The notes under the pieces are model-generated. The model was not told the DNA's origin and searched no databases. It saw only the letters and a program-made list of their open reading frames with translations. Source: the human T2T-CHM13v2.0 reference genome, Homo sapiens. From it: a DNA stretch of 64,000 nucleotides. Shown here piece by piece: positions 14,836 to 28,620 of the stretch (position 1 is the stretch's first letter; every line of letters starts with the position of its first letter). Location: assembly GCF_009914755.1 (NCBI RefSeq), contig NC_060936.1, one strand, 5' to 3'. A program made the position numbers and the translations under genes.

Positions 14836-17800
14836 GAAATATTTAATATTGAAATAAACAAATACCTTTTTATTTTTTAAAAAAGAAAATTCATCATATG
14901 GGGTCTCCACTGAGGAAAATGTAGGTGAGATACTTTTAGCTTCAGGTAAGTAAAAGAGAGTAAAGTGTGCTAGAACTGCCTTTGCTTCTTCAAGGATTTT
15001 CTCAAAGTGGGCAGTCAGCTGGGGCTTAAAGTGTTTGTGACAATCAGATCCTTTTCAAGTTAATTTTTGTTTATGGTTCAAGGTAACAGTTGGGTTTATT
15101 TTCTGTAGATGGATGTTCAATTGCACCAGCACCATTTGTTTGATGTTCTGAACAGCAAGATGTAAGATTAACTGCAGAAAGTGTCAAACAATAAAACAGC
15201 ACATAGCCAACATATATATCATAGAAGCAAGCATTCTTCCCCTTTAAGTAGACTTCCCTAGGAAATATAATTAATCTTTTAAAAACTGACCCAGATAAAA
15301 TGGAGAACTTGTTTTCTCTCAAAATATAGTGAAAGGAAAGGTAAGTGCCCATGTTATTGTACATCATAAATGTTTTCATTAAGAATTTTCTTAAATCACA
15401 AATAGGAGTTAAAGAGAATAAAATTTCAAGAAGCACATGTGAAGCAATTGTTAGAATTCATCAAACATACAAGGTATAAGATTAAAGAGTATAAAATCTA
15501 CAACTCACTTACTTAAGTGAGTGGGCCATAAATGCTCCAGTTCCAAAATGATTTGCCAGTTCACAGTGAGTTTAATTGTTCAAAAGCTGTCCACTTGGTG
15601 GCACCATGGTGCTGCCGCAGGAATGAGCCTGTTGATTTGGGTATGGGTTCAGTTAGGGACTGACTTCTTACATAGGGTTTTAGGACTCTTAAACATGCGG
15701 TCATACCGCAGTACCTGCCAACAACAAACAATTGCCTTAGTCATTTGCACAAGGGAAGAAAAAGAAAAAGACATTTTACATTGTTCAAGCAAAGGCAAAA
15801 TGGACAGGGTTTAAGTGGACTTGTAGGGCAGGCTGCACAAGTAGATGGATGAAAGACAGTGCAGCATGTCTTTTTATCCACATTCTTAGGCAAAAATGCC
15901 TCTGCAGGGTTTTTTTTTCTTTTCTCTCTCTTATGAGTTGATTCTAAGCAGAAAAATTGACACTAAGCAACTTCAGCCCAGTGAAAGTTCAAGCTGAGCT
16001 GCATTTGCCCCTTAATATATATTGAGTGCCTGCTATGCCATCATTATTGGGCACTTTAAGTTACATTATAGAAGGCAAAACATAGTTCTTATCCTTGATG
16101 TCTTGCAGTCCACCCAGGAAGGTAAGATGTATGCATGAAGCAGTAATTGCTCAATTGTGTGCTGAAGACAGTGCTAACTGGAAGGCATAATTAGGAATGA
16201 CTTCACTACAGTCTTTCAGTAGGTGGGACTCTGGCTGGTCTTAGAGAATGGCTTCATTGTGGAAGGCAGCAGATTTCTGCACAGCTGAGTAGAAACAGTG
16301 CAGGAGGGACCAGGGCTTCCATCACAGTCACTCTAGTGACATGGTTGGGGAAGGAGGAAGTCAGAGTCTCCTGCTCTGTAGCAGCCTACTGGAGAAGCAG
16401 CAGCCATCCCAGCTGGGTTTCCCAGCCCCTCCATCCAGCTGATTCACCACTCAATAAATCTGTTGACTCATAGATTGATTTTTAAATTATGTTGACTTTT
16501 TTCTTCCAGATATTAGAGTGAACACAATCGATTGATTTGTTTAATTTATAATTTATATAGTTGAGTTCAACATTTAGACACTAAATGTGTGGGATGTGTA
16601 TAAATGAATTTGGAAAGTGAGGAACCTGGAGAATACATTCTACACCTCTTAGAAGAATGTTGATGGCATTTAATAGCTTGTCCCTCAATCCATATTGAAG
16701 TGTGTAGAGGCAAAATGATTTTAAGTGTAGGATATGCCTTTTAAAATATTTCAACAAAGAAAAAAGTACATAGTGCAGTGTGCCACAGTTTTAATAATTG
16801 TTGATTCTGGCTGATGAGTATGTGAGGATTATTGTACTATTCTGTTTTTATGTGCATTTGAAATGTTTTATAGTACTTGGGGGTTGCTGGCAAGATGGTC
16901 AAACAGGAAGAGCTCAGGTCTGCAGCTCCCAGCGAGATCGACGCAGAAGGCAGGTGATTTCTGCATTTCCAACTGAGTTACCTGGTTCATCTGATTGAAA
17001 CTGGCTGGACAGTGGTGCAGCCCAAGGAGGGCGAGCGAAAGCAGGGTGGGGAAGTGCAAGGGGTCCGGGAACTCCCTGTCCCAGCCAAGGGAAGCCATTA
17101 GGGACTATACCGTGCACTCTCACACAGATACTGCACTTTCCCTACAGTCTTGGCAACTCCAGACCAGGAGATTACTTCTGGTGCCTACACCACCAGGGCT
17201 CTGGGTTTCCAGCACAAAACTGGGAAGCCATTTGGGCAGACACTGAGCTAGCCACAGGAATCTTTCTTCATACCCCAGTGGAACCTGGAACACCAACAAG
17301 ACAGAACCATTCACTCCCCTGCAAAGGGGGCTGAAGCCAGGGAGCCAAGAAGTCTGGCTTGGCAGGTCCCACCCCCATGGAGTCCAGCAAGCTACGATCC
17401 ACTGGCTTGAAATTCTGCCTGCCAGCACAGCAGAGCTGTGCTCAACAGTATGAGCTCAACCTAGGATGCTTGAGCTTGGTAGGGGGAGGGGAATCCACCA
17501 TTGCTGAGGCTTGAGTAGACAGTTTCACCCTCACAGTGTAAAGAAAGCCACCAGGAAGTTTGAACTCGGCAAAGCCCACCCAAGCTCAGCAAGTCAGCTG
17601 TGGCCAGACTGTCTCCTCTCTGGGCAGGGCATCTCTGAAAACAAAAAGGCAGCAGCCCCAGTCAGGGACTGGGGGAAGGGGCGGTTGTGGGTGCAGCTTC
17701 AGCAAACTTAAACATCCCTACCTGGTAGCTCTGAAGAGAACAATGGATCTACCAGCACAGTGTTTGAGCTCTGATAAGGGACAGACTGCCTCCTCAATTG

Positions 17801-18130
17801 GATCCCTGACCCCCATGTGTCCTGACTAGAAGACACCTCCCAGTAGGGGCGGACAGACACCTCATACAGAAGAGCCCTGGCTGGCATGTGGCGGGTGCCC
17901 CTCAGGGAGGAAGCTTCCAGAGGAAGGAACAGGCAGCAATCTTTGCTGGTCTACAGCCTCTGCCGGAGACAGCAAACTCCAGCAGACCTGCAGCAGAAGG
18001 GCCTGACTGTTAGGAGGAAAACTAACTAACAGAAAGGAATAGTATCAACATCAACAAAAAGGACGTCCACTCAGAGACCCCATCCAAAGGTCACCAACTT
18101 CAAAGACCAAAGGTAGATAAATCCACAAAG

Positions 18131-19143
18131 ATGGGGAGAAACCAGGGCAAAAACGCTGAAAATTCCAAAACTTAGAATGCCTCTTCTCCTCCAAAGGATC
18201 ACAACTCCTCACCAGCAAGGGAACAAAACTGGACAGAGAATGAGTTTGACGAATTGACAGAAGTAGGCTTCAGAAAGTGGGTAATAACAAACTCCTCCGA
18301 GCTAAAGGAGCATGTTCTAACCCAAAGCAAGGAAGCTAAGAACCTTGAAAAAAGGTTAGACGAATCACTAGTATAGAAAAGAACATAAATGACCTGATGG
18401 AGCTGAAAAATGCAGCGTGAGAACTTCATGAAGCATACACAAGTATCAATAACCAAACTGATCAAGCGGAAGAAAAGATATCAGGGATTGAAGATCAACA
18501 CAATGAAATAAAGTGAGAAAACCAGATTAGAGAAGAAAGAGTGAAAAGAAACGAACAAAGCCTCCAAGAAGTATGGGACTATGTGAAGAGACCAACTCTA
18601 TGTTTGATTGGTGTACCTGAAAGTGACAGGGAGAATTGAACCAAGTTGGAAAACACTCTTCAGGATATTATCCAGGAGAACTTCCCCAACCTAGCAAGGC
18701 AGGCCAACATTCAAATTCAGGAAATACAGAGAACACCACAAAGATACTCCTTGAGAAGAACAACCCCAAGACACATAATCATCAGATTCACCAAGGTTGA
18801 AATGAAGGAAAAAATGTTAAGGGCAGTCAGAGAGAAAGGTCAGGTTACCCACAAAGGGAAGCCCATCAGACTAACAGTGGATCTCTGGGCAGAAAACCTA
18901 CGAGCCAGAAGAGAGTGGGGGCCAATATTCAACATTCTTAAAGAAAAGAATTTTCAACCCAGAATTTCATATCCAGCCAAACTAAGCTTCATAAGTGAAG
19001 GAGAAATAAAATCTTTTACAGACAAGCAAATGCTGAGAGATTTTGTCACCACCAGGACTTCCCTACAAGAGCTCCTGAAGGAAGCACTGAACATGAAAAG
19101 GAATAACTGGTACCAGCCACTGCAAAAACATACCAAATTGTAA
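18131..19143 (+). pseudogene. L1 ORF1p remnant (stops/frameshifts)
   Basis: ATG at 18131; ORF track 18646-19143 'ENFPNLARQANIQIQEIQRTPQRY...FQPRISYPAKLSF'. Confidence 0.9.
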
Positions 19144-19206
19144 AGACCATTGAAGCTATGAAGAAACTACATCAACTAATGTACAAAATAATCAGCTAGC
19201 ATCATA

Positions 19207-21972
19207 ATGACAGGATCAAATTCACACATAACAATATTAACCTTAAATGTAAATGGGATAAATGCACCAATTAAAAGACACAGAGTAGCAAACTGGATAA
19301 AGAGTCAAGACCCATCGGTGTGCTGTATTCAGGAGACCCATCTCATGTGCAGAGACACAAATAGGCTCAAAATAAAGGGATGGAGGAATATTTACCCAGC
19401 AAATGGAAAGAAAAAAAAAAAGCAGCTGTTGCAATCCTAGTCTCTGATAAAACAGACTTTAAACCAACAGAGATAAAAAGAGACAAAGAAGGGCATTACA
19501 TAATGGTAAAGGGATCAATGCAACAAGAAGAGCTAACTATCCTAAATATATATGCACCCAATACGGGAGCACCCAGATTCATAAAGCAAGTTATTTGAGG
19601 CCTACAAAGAGACTTAGACTCCCACACAACAATAGTGGGAGACTTTAATACCCCACTGTCAATATTTGACAGTTCAACGAGACAGAAAATTAACAAGGAT
19701 ATCCAGGCACCTGAACTCAGCTCTGGACCAAGCAAATCTAATAGACATCTACAGAGCTATCCACCCCAAATCAACAGAATATACATTCTTCTCAGCACCA
19801 CATTGCACTTATTCTAAAATTGACCACATAATTGGAAATAAAACACTCCTCAGCAAATGCAAAAGAATGGAAATCATAACAGTCTCTCAGACCACAGTGC
19901 AATCAAATTAGAACTCAGAATTAAGAAACTCATTCAAAACCACACAACTACATAGAAAGTGAACAACCTGCTCCTGAATGACTACTGGGTACATAACAGA
20001 ATGAAGGCAGAAATAAAGATGTTCTTTGAAACAAATGAGAAGAAAGACACAATGTACCAGAATCTCTGGGACACATTTAAAGTGGTGTGCAGAGGGAAAT
20101 GTATAGCACTAAATGCCTACAAAGGAAAGTAGGAAAGATCTAAAATCAACACCCTAACATCACAATTAAAATAACTAAAGAAGCAAGAGCAAACAAATTC
20201 AAAAGCTAGCAGAAGGCAAGAAATAACTAAGATCAGAGCAGAACGGAAGAAGATAGAGACACGAAAAACCCTTCAAAAAATCAATGAATCTAGGAGCTGG
20301 ATTTTTGAAAAGATCAACAAGATAGATAGACTGCTAGCCAGACTAATAAAGAAGAAAAGAGAGAAGAATCAAATAGACACAATAAGAAATGATAAAGGGG
20401 ATATCACCACCAATCTCACAGAAATACAAACTACCATCAGAGAATACTATAAACACCTCTACACAAATAAACTAGAAAATCTACAACAAATGGATAAATT
20501 CCTGGACACAGACACCCTCCGAAGACTAACCAGGAAGAAGTTGAATCCCTGAATAGACCAACAAGTTCTGAAATTGAGGCAGCAATTAATACCCTACCAA
20601 TCAAGAAAAGTCCAAGACCAGACAGATTCACAGCCAAATTCTATAAGAGGTACAAAGAGGAGCTGGTACCATTCCTCCTGAAACTATTCCAAACAATAGA
20701 AAAAGAGGGGATCCTCCCTGACTCATTTTATGAGGCTAGCATCACCCTGACACCAAAACCTGGCAGAGACACAACAAAAAAAGAAAATTTCAGGCAAATA
20801 TACCTAATGAACATCAATGCAACAATCCTCAATAAAATACTGGCAAACTGAATCCAGCAGCACATCAAAGAGCTTATCCAGCATGATCAAGTCAGCTTGC
20901 ATCTCTGGGATGCAAGGCTGGTTCAACATACACAAATCAATAAACATAATCCATCACATAAACAGAATCAATGACAAAAACCACATGATTATCTCAATAG
21001 ATGCAGAAAAGGCCTTCAGTAAAATTCAACAGCCCTTCATGCTAAAAAACTCTCAATAAACTAGGCATTGATGGAACGTATCTCAAAATAATAAGAGCTA
21101 TTTATGACAAACCCAAAGCCAATATTATACTAAATGGCCAAAAACTGGAAGCATTCCCTTTGAAAACCGGCACAAGACGAGGATGCCCTCTCTCACTGCT
21201 CCTATTCAACATAGTATTGGAATTTCTGGCCAGGGCAATCAAGCAAGAGAAAGAAATAAAGGGTATTCAATTAGGAAAAGAGGAAGTCAAATTGTCCCTG
21301 TTTGCAGATGACATGATTGTATATTTAGAAAACCCCATTGTCTCAGCCCAAAATCTCCTTAAGCTGATAAGTAAATTCAGCAAAGTTTCAGGATACAAAA
21401 TCAATGTGAAAAACCACAAGCATTCCTATACACCAATAACAGAGATCCAAATCATGACTGAACTCCCATTCACAACTGCTACAAAGAGAATAAAATACCT
21501 AGGAATCCAATTTACAAGGGATGTGAAGGACCTCTTCAAGGAGAACTACAAACCACTGCTCAAGGAAATAAGAGAGGACACAAACAAATGGAAAAACATT
21601 CCATGCTTATGGATAGGAAGAATCAATATCCTCAAAATGGCCATACTGCCCAAAGTGATTCATAGATTCAATGCTATCCCGATCAAGCTACCATTGACTT
21701 TCTTCAAAGAATTGGAAAAAACTACTTTAAATTTCATATGGAACCAAAAAAGAGCCTGCATAGCCAAGACAATCCTAAGCAAAAAGAACAAAGCTGGAGG
21801 CATCACGCTACCTGACTTCAAACTATACCACAAGGCTACAGTAACAAAAACAGCATGGTACTGGTACCAAAACAGATATATAGACCAATGGAACAGAACA
21901 GAGGCCTCAGAAATAACGCCACACATCTACAACCATCTGATCTTTGACAAACCTGAGAAAAACAAGCAATAG
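19207..21972 (+). pseudogene. L1 ORF2p remnant (EN/RT), frameshifted and C-terminally deleted
   Basis: MTGSNSHITILTLNVNG start; '[10 protein letters not shown]' RT motif in ORF 21160-21972; broken across frames. Confidence 0.9.
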
Positions 21973-22463
21973 GTGTGAGTTCATGTCCTTTGCAGGGACA
22001 TAGATGACACTGGAAACCATCATTCTCAGCGAACTAATACAAGAATAGAAAACCAAACACCACATGTTCTCACTCATAAGTGGGAGTTGAACAATGAAAA
22101 CACATGGACACAGGGAGGGGGACATCACACACCAGGGCCTGTTGGGGGCTGGGGGTCTACGGGAGGGATAGCATTAGGAGAAATACCTAATGTAGATGAT
22201 AGGTTGATGGGTACAGCAAACCACCATGGCACATGTGTACCTATGTAACAAACCTGCATGTTCTGCACATGTACCCCAGAATTTAAAGTATTAAAAAAAG
22301 TTTTATAGTACTTTTTTCTCAAAAGTTAATGGGTTAAAAAAAAATTCTGGAAACTGGGCAAGACTGAGCCTGAAACTAAGGGAGGTGGGTTCAGGTGAGG
22401 GTGTGGATGATGAGGAAATGAAGCAGAAGTTAGTACTAAGACCCTCAGCTGGAAAAAGTATTA

Positions 22464-22662
22464 CAGTCATGCCTCATCGTTCAAGGAGGATTGGGTCCAG
22501 GACAATCCAAAGTCCTCACATACTCAAGTCTCACAGTCGGCCCTTGGTATAAGTGCATGTCATAGCCTACAAGACTGTATTTCCATCCATGTTTAGCTGA
22601 AAAAAAAATCTGCATATAATTGGACCCATGCATTTCAAACCCTATTGTTCAAGGGTCAATTG
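22464..22662 (+). mobile_element. MER8 (TcMar-Tigger)
   Basis: 'cagtc...ggattgggtccaggac...catactcaagtctcacagtcggccc...ttgttcaagggtcaattg' with flanking TA. Confidence 0.8.
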
Positions 22663-23660
22663 TATTGGCCAATGAATCTACCCAAAAGAAGGTGGAAAAA
22701 AAATGTCCTGATGGGGAGATTTACCAGTTAAAAAAGAATCTTCAGGAAATAGACTGTTTCTTTCTGTTCCAACCCACTTGTCCACACTCCAGTGTGAATT
22801 ATCAGGGACTGTGCATTTAGAAGATAACAGCACCTATCAAACAAGGAATGTGCACACAACCATCAAAGTACTTTCATACAAATTCTCTCAAACATATAAG
22901 GAAAGCCATTCTCATCTATGTCTGTCCTCTAGAATTCCTCTGGCATTCTCTAATCTCATCTGCAGGCTAAAGAGAAATAGGCTAGGAAATCAAGAAACAT
23001 TGAAAAAAAGGAGGAAATGTTTAAAAAGAAACACTAAAAAATGAGATATTGCTTGTAGACTGAGCACAAAACCAAAAGTAAGAAACTCTTTCTTAGAATT
23101 CTGATTCTTCCACTTTTGAGTTGTGGGGTTGAGGACAAGTCACTTAAATTTCCTGAATGGATAGAGTAATTGATTTTTGAAGTGTTTACTTTTGACCATA
23201 ATTTGCACTGCAGATACTCTCTCTCCCAACTTTTCTGGTATGCACACCCACAAGGCCTCAAGTCCACAGCAAATGAGAATAAAAACACAAGATTACAACG
23301 TACAGGTTCAATAGAGATCCAACCTGGTGGTAGAAGAAAGCAATCTGGGAATGATCTGAAAAGCAAAAGACCTGATTGGTCTGCCCCAGGTGAAAGCTAA
23401 GCTATGAGCACATGCCAGAAGATTGGAGAGAGAAGAGGAAATGTGGGAAACAGCCTTACAAAGATGAATTGCATAAGAAAAAGCACTTCTCACTCCCCAT
23501 GTTTCCTTCCTTGTTTTTCTAAAATAACACTCCTGGTCTCCCTTTGCTCTCTCCTTTAACTCCTCCACCAAAGAAGTGTAGAAACGTATCTGCTTGGTGA
23601 GTTTGAAATAAAACAGGACAAACATAACCTAGCCCCTTCCTCCTCCTTTCTCTCATGGCA

Positions 23661-24346
23661 TTTATTGAGTGCTTAAAGGCCAATGGTAGCTCTTTATTGT
23701 GGACTGATGCCTTTTATCCTCTTTCTTTCTTTTTGACGTGATGCTCCTTTACACAATTTATCCTGCTTCCCTGGTTTCTTGTCTCTTTCCTGACACTGCT
23801 ACTGCCCCTCCCCATCCGCTAAGCTAGTTCTTTTGACTCAATTATATTGGAGCCAGGGGAAGAAGAGGAAATGGGCCAGGATAAAACTAGGCCCATAGTT
23901 ATGAAGTTGAATGGTGTCCATTCAACTTCATAAAGTTATTTAATTATTACTTTCCTTAGATCATACTTGTTCACTGTAATGTAATAGTCTCACAATTATA
24001 GTCTGTTTTTTTTCCTGTTGTATCTCCAACATCAATAACTGCTTGGCACATCAGTTTCTCACCAAATATTTATGATGGATGAGTGAATAAATAAATGAGG
24101 AAGTATATGATGAAAATAAGAGATAAAAAGTTTAGTTGGAAATATGAAAATCAATTAAAGACAATTAACTAAATACAATTAAAGAGTGGGCCAAGATGTT
24201 CCAGCCCAGTGCAAATTAAAATAAAGCACAATTTATTTTATGCCATAAATTGCATAAAAGAGTATTCAAGTCAAAAAGAAAGAAACAGGATAAAAGGCAT
24301 CAGTCCACAATAAAGAGCTACCATTGGCCTTTAAGCACTCAATAAA
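23661..24346. repeat. 77-bp inverted repeat (arms 23661-23737 and 24270-24346; 76/77 identical; 532-bp spacer)
   Basis: Arms compared base by base. Confidence 0.95.
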
Positions 24347-26050
24347 ATGGTGTTAAAATATAGGAAGTAAGAATTATTTAAAATAAAAGCAGAAACAAAA
24401 ATATGTTTATTCCACAAGACTTTATTAGACCACTTTTAGCTTTTGACAGGTCAAGTATGCAAAAAATAAACAATGACATAAATAATTTTTAATATAGGAG
24501 AGCAAAGGACCCCCTACAAAAAATATATAGTTTCTGTATCTTTGTTACATATATGAAAATTGATATTGTACTAGATTCATTAGGTTGGCCTATCTAACAA
24601 TCATTATAAACTTTATGCTCTAAGCTAGAGATTAGAAAACTGAAAACAAGCCCAGCTAGGCTGTCTTGTGGCTGGCAGTGCCCATATGGTTCAGTTCTTG
24701 CCAAAGAGACAGAAACACAAATCTACATGTGCCTCCTCTCCCTGTTCCTCTTCCTTCCTGCTTGGACCATACACAGGATGCCCAAGATGCAGCAGCACCA
24801 TCTCCATAAGTTGGCAGAGCAGGAAAACAGAAAGAGCCTGCTTCCTTCAAGGCGGTCCTGGGCTTTCTCCTGTGGACTTGTCGTAGGGCACAAATCAGCC
24901 CCTTAGTCATTCAAGCCCCTCAGCTGGGTTTTCAGGCACTTGCACTGAGAACAACGCAAACTGACACAGCCCCGCCACAAAGAAAACACTAATAAATACA
25001 CCAACGCAAAATCTGCACAGGCCACATCCTCCAACCACAATTCAACGAAGCTAGAAATAAATCATAAGAGTTTTAAAATCCATTTAGAAAATGTAAAGCA
25101 TTCTTTTCAATAAATATTGGCAAAGGAGAAGCAAAAAATGCAAATTCATACTATTTAGACAAAAATAAAATTATAGCATTAATTATGTTACAAATTCTAC
25201 TCTCCAGAATTCCTTATCTCCCATTTCTGCTGTTATTATTTTCCTAGAATTTATCACTTTCTCATATACTACATAATATATTACATCTTTAACTTAATTT
25301 TCACCATCTCCTACTAGAATATAAGCTCCATGAAGCTAGGGACTTTTGTCTGTTTTGTTCACTGTTCTATCCCCAGCACCTGAAATATTGCCTGGCCCCC
25401 AGCCAACATTCAGTAAGACTGTTGAATAAACTAATAATTGCCCTAAAAGGCAAATATATAATTTTAACTTTTATTATTAACATTTTTAAAAGAAAATATT
25501 ATAATCCAACTCAAGTTGAAAGATGTAAACAGCAATCAGGCAAACAAACAAATGAATAAAATTCCTAAATAATACAGACAGAAAAATAATAAAGATAAAA
25601 ACGGAAATTAATGAATTTTTTAAAGTACCTTTTATAAATATATGAAGAAAATTTTGATGAAAAAATACAACAGACAAACTTCCGGTAAATCTGACCAATG
25701 AAAGTAGAAAATCACAAACAAAAATAGAGACAAAAAGGAAACTATTATAAAAGCTAGAAAGGAGAATAATAAGTGATAGTAGATGACTATTCCTAATTCC
25801 GTGCCCACATATTTTAGTATTAAAAAATAGACAATTTTCTCTGAAAACTTAAAAGAATAAAATGGACTTATAAAGCTCAACAAAATCTGAATAGGTTAAT
25901 AATCATCAACAACCAAGAAATGCAAGTTATCAAATAATTATCTTAAAAATAAAAGGCTTTTGAAAGGATTTATTAGTTAGTTCTTACATATTTTCAAAGA
26001 AACATAAATCTTCATGCTATAGAAAATTATTAAAGAAAATAGCAAAACAT
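24100..26050 (+). mobile_element. Ancient L1M ORF2 fragments, interrupted by LTR-like and L2 pieces
   Basis: 'gactttattagaccacttttagcttttgacaggtcaagtatgcaaaaaataaacaatgacata' matches the [19 protein letters not shown] region; A-rich. Confidence 0.55.
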
Positions 26051-26556
26051 GAATTTGATGTTGATTTTTTAAAGTGCCTTTTTGTTATCCATTATTGTTA
26101 TTTTTCCTTGAACCTATTGATTTGATTTATAGTGTCAATAAAAGTCCTAATAATAAATCACTGTTGTGTTGTTATGGTGGAGAAATCTTTTGCTATACTT
26201 TTGAATTCAGTTTGCTGGTCAACAACACAATAGAATATTAAGCAGCCAATTAAAGGAAAGGTTCTGAAGAGATTTTTATGACATGAGAAAATGCTTATGT
26301 TGTTTTCTTTATTCAAACTTATTTCCTCTAATGGGCTGAAAGTTACATATCTTTATTCTTCCAGCATAGCATTTCTCAACCTTAAATTCTACCTTGTCTG
26401 AAATTAACATTGTCACCTTGACTTTTGGAGTTTGTTACAGCTCATTGAGAATTGGTGGTCTCCAGAGATCTAACAAATGGTCTGCTAGGAGTTTGACAAT
26501 TTTAGAGGAAAAGGGGTTGAAACCATTTTGTTCACATACATTTCCCCAATTTGAAA

Positions 26557-26908
26557 TGTTAGGTTAATAATGAATCCTCTCAAAATTCATATGTTGAAAT
26601 TTAATTGCCAGGGTGATAGTATTAAGAGGTGGGGCCTCTTAGGAAGTGATGAAGTTGCAAGGGCAGAGCCCTCATAAAAGGGATTAGTGGCCTTATGAAA
26701 GCAGTGCAAGGGCCGTTTGCCTCTTCCACCATGCGAAGACACATTGTGTGAAGGTGCCATCTATGAGGAATAGGCCCTCAACCGACACCAAATCTGCGGG
26801 TGTCTTGATCTTGGACATCCCAGTCTCTAGAACTGTGTGCAATAAATTTCTATTGTTTTTGAATTACCCATTCTAAGGTATTTTGTTATAGCAGCCGAGA
26901 CTAAGATA
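26557..26908 (+). mobile_element. MST (D-like) MaLR LTR
   Basis: 'aaaattcatatgttgaaa...gtattaagaggtggggcc...tcttgatcttggac...tagaactgtg...aataaatttct'. Confidence 0.8.
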
Positions 26909-27068
26909 CTTTCACAGAAATCCCATCACATTCTAACAACCATGAGTTTTTCAAAGTTTGTGCAAGTAGTGAAAGGACATAAGTGAATGAATTCATTTCG
27001 GTTAACACTAAGTTAATAGCACAAAGTTCTCAGTTATTTGCATATTTGCACATTTTTATTAATTAAAG

Positions 27069-27681
<613 letters not shown>

Positions 27682-28240
27682 AATTAAAGGACTGCATCCA
27701 AAGGAGCTAGACAATTTGTACCTTTTTTCTCCCGCATACTAGACAGCCCATTTGCCTCCAGAATAAAGTGGTGACAACTTCTGTGTTATTCGTGTTTTCT
27801 ACCTATGGAGATTTGCGGATGTCCACATTATTTGCACATTATTCACATATTTGCACTATGTATATTTCATTGTTTACATTTTCCATATTTTCATTTTGCT
27901 ATTCATATTATAGCTCAAGTTCAACAAAATGGATCAGTGGGTCAAGAGTGTTCCATTAAAGAGTAAGAGTGGTAAATGATAAACTGATTCTTAGATCTAT
28001 ATGGAAATGCAAAGGATCTAGGATACTCAAAACTATCTTGAGTAAAGGATGGAATTGATTTTATGAATTTTAAAGACCATTGTTTATTATTTTGAATGGC
28101 TTGTGTGATATATGTAGTATCTTGAATATCCTGAACCTATTAATTTAGGACTTAATATGAAAAATAAGATATTAGAATTTTTAATAAGATGAAGCCAATA
28201 GCACAATGGTAGAACACTTGACCCTTTCCCACTTGATCAT

Positions 28241-28619
28241 TGTCTTAGTCTACTCAGGCTGCCATAATGGAATACCACAGACTGGATGACTTAAATAACA
28301 GAAACTTATGTTCTCACAGTTTTGGGGGATCAAAGTCTGAGATCAGGGTGCTAACATGGTCAGGCTCTGGTAAGGGTCTCTTTCTGGCTTGCAGATGGCC
28401 ACCTTCTCCTTGTATTCTCCCATGGTGGAGAGAGAGAAAACAAGCTCCCTGGAGTCTCTTCTTATAAGTGCACTAATTCCATTGTGAGGGCCCTGCCGTC
28501 ATGACCTCATCTAAATCTAATTACTTCCTAATGTCCCATTTCCAAATCCCATCATCACATTGGGGGCTGCAGCTTCAAAATGTGAATGGGAATGGTGGAA
28601 ACAATGTAGTATATGGCAA
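28241..28619 (-). mobile_element. MLT1A-like MaLR LTR
   Basis: 'tgtcttagtctactcaggctgccataatggaataccacagactgg...catgacctcatctaaatctaattac'. Confidence 0.8.
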
Positions 28620-28620
28620 C

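Larger units (their letters stand above)
16879..22299 (+). mobile_element. Near-full-length L1PA (L1PA7-like), inactive, with an internal ORF2 deletion
   Basis: 5' UTR 'gctggcaagatggtcaaacagg...'; ORF1/ORF2 remnants; L1PA7-type 3' UTR; TSD gttttatagtactt at 16865-16878 and 22300-22313. Confidence 0.93.

Noticed and set aside
16879-22299. Potentially active full-length L1
   Set aside because: ORF1 and ORF2 contain multiple stops and frameshifts plus a large deletion
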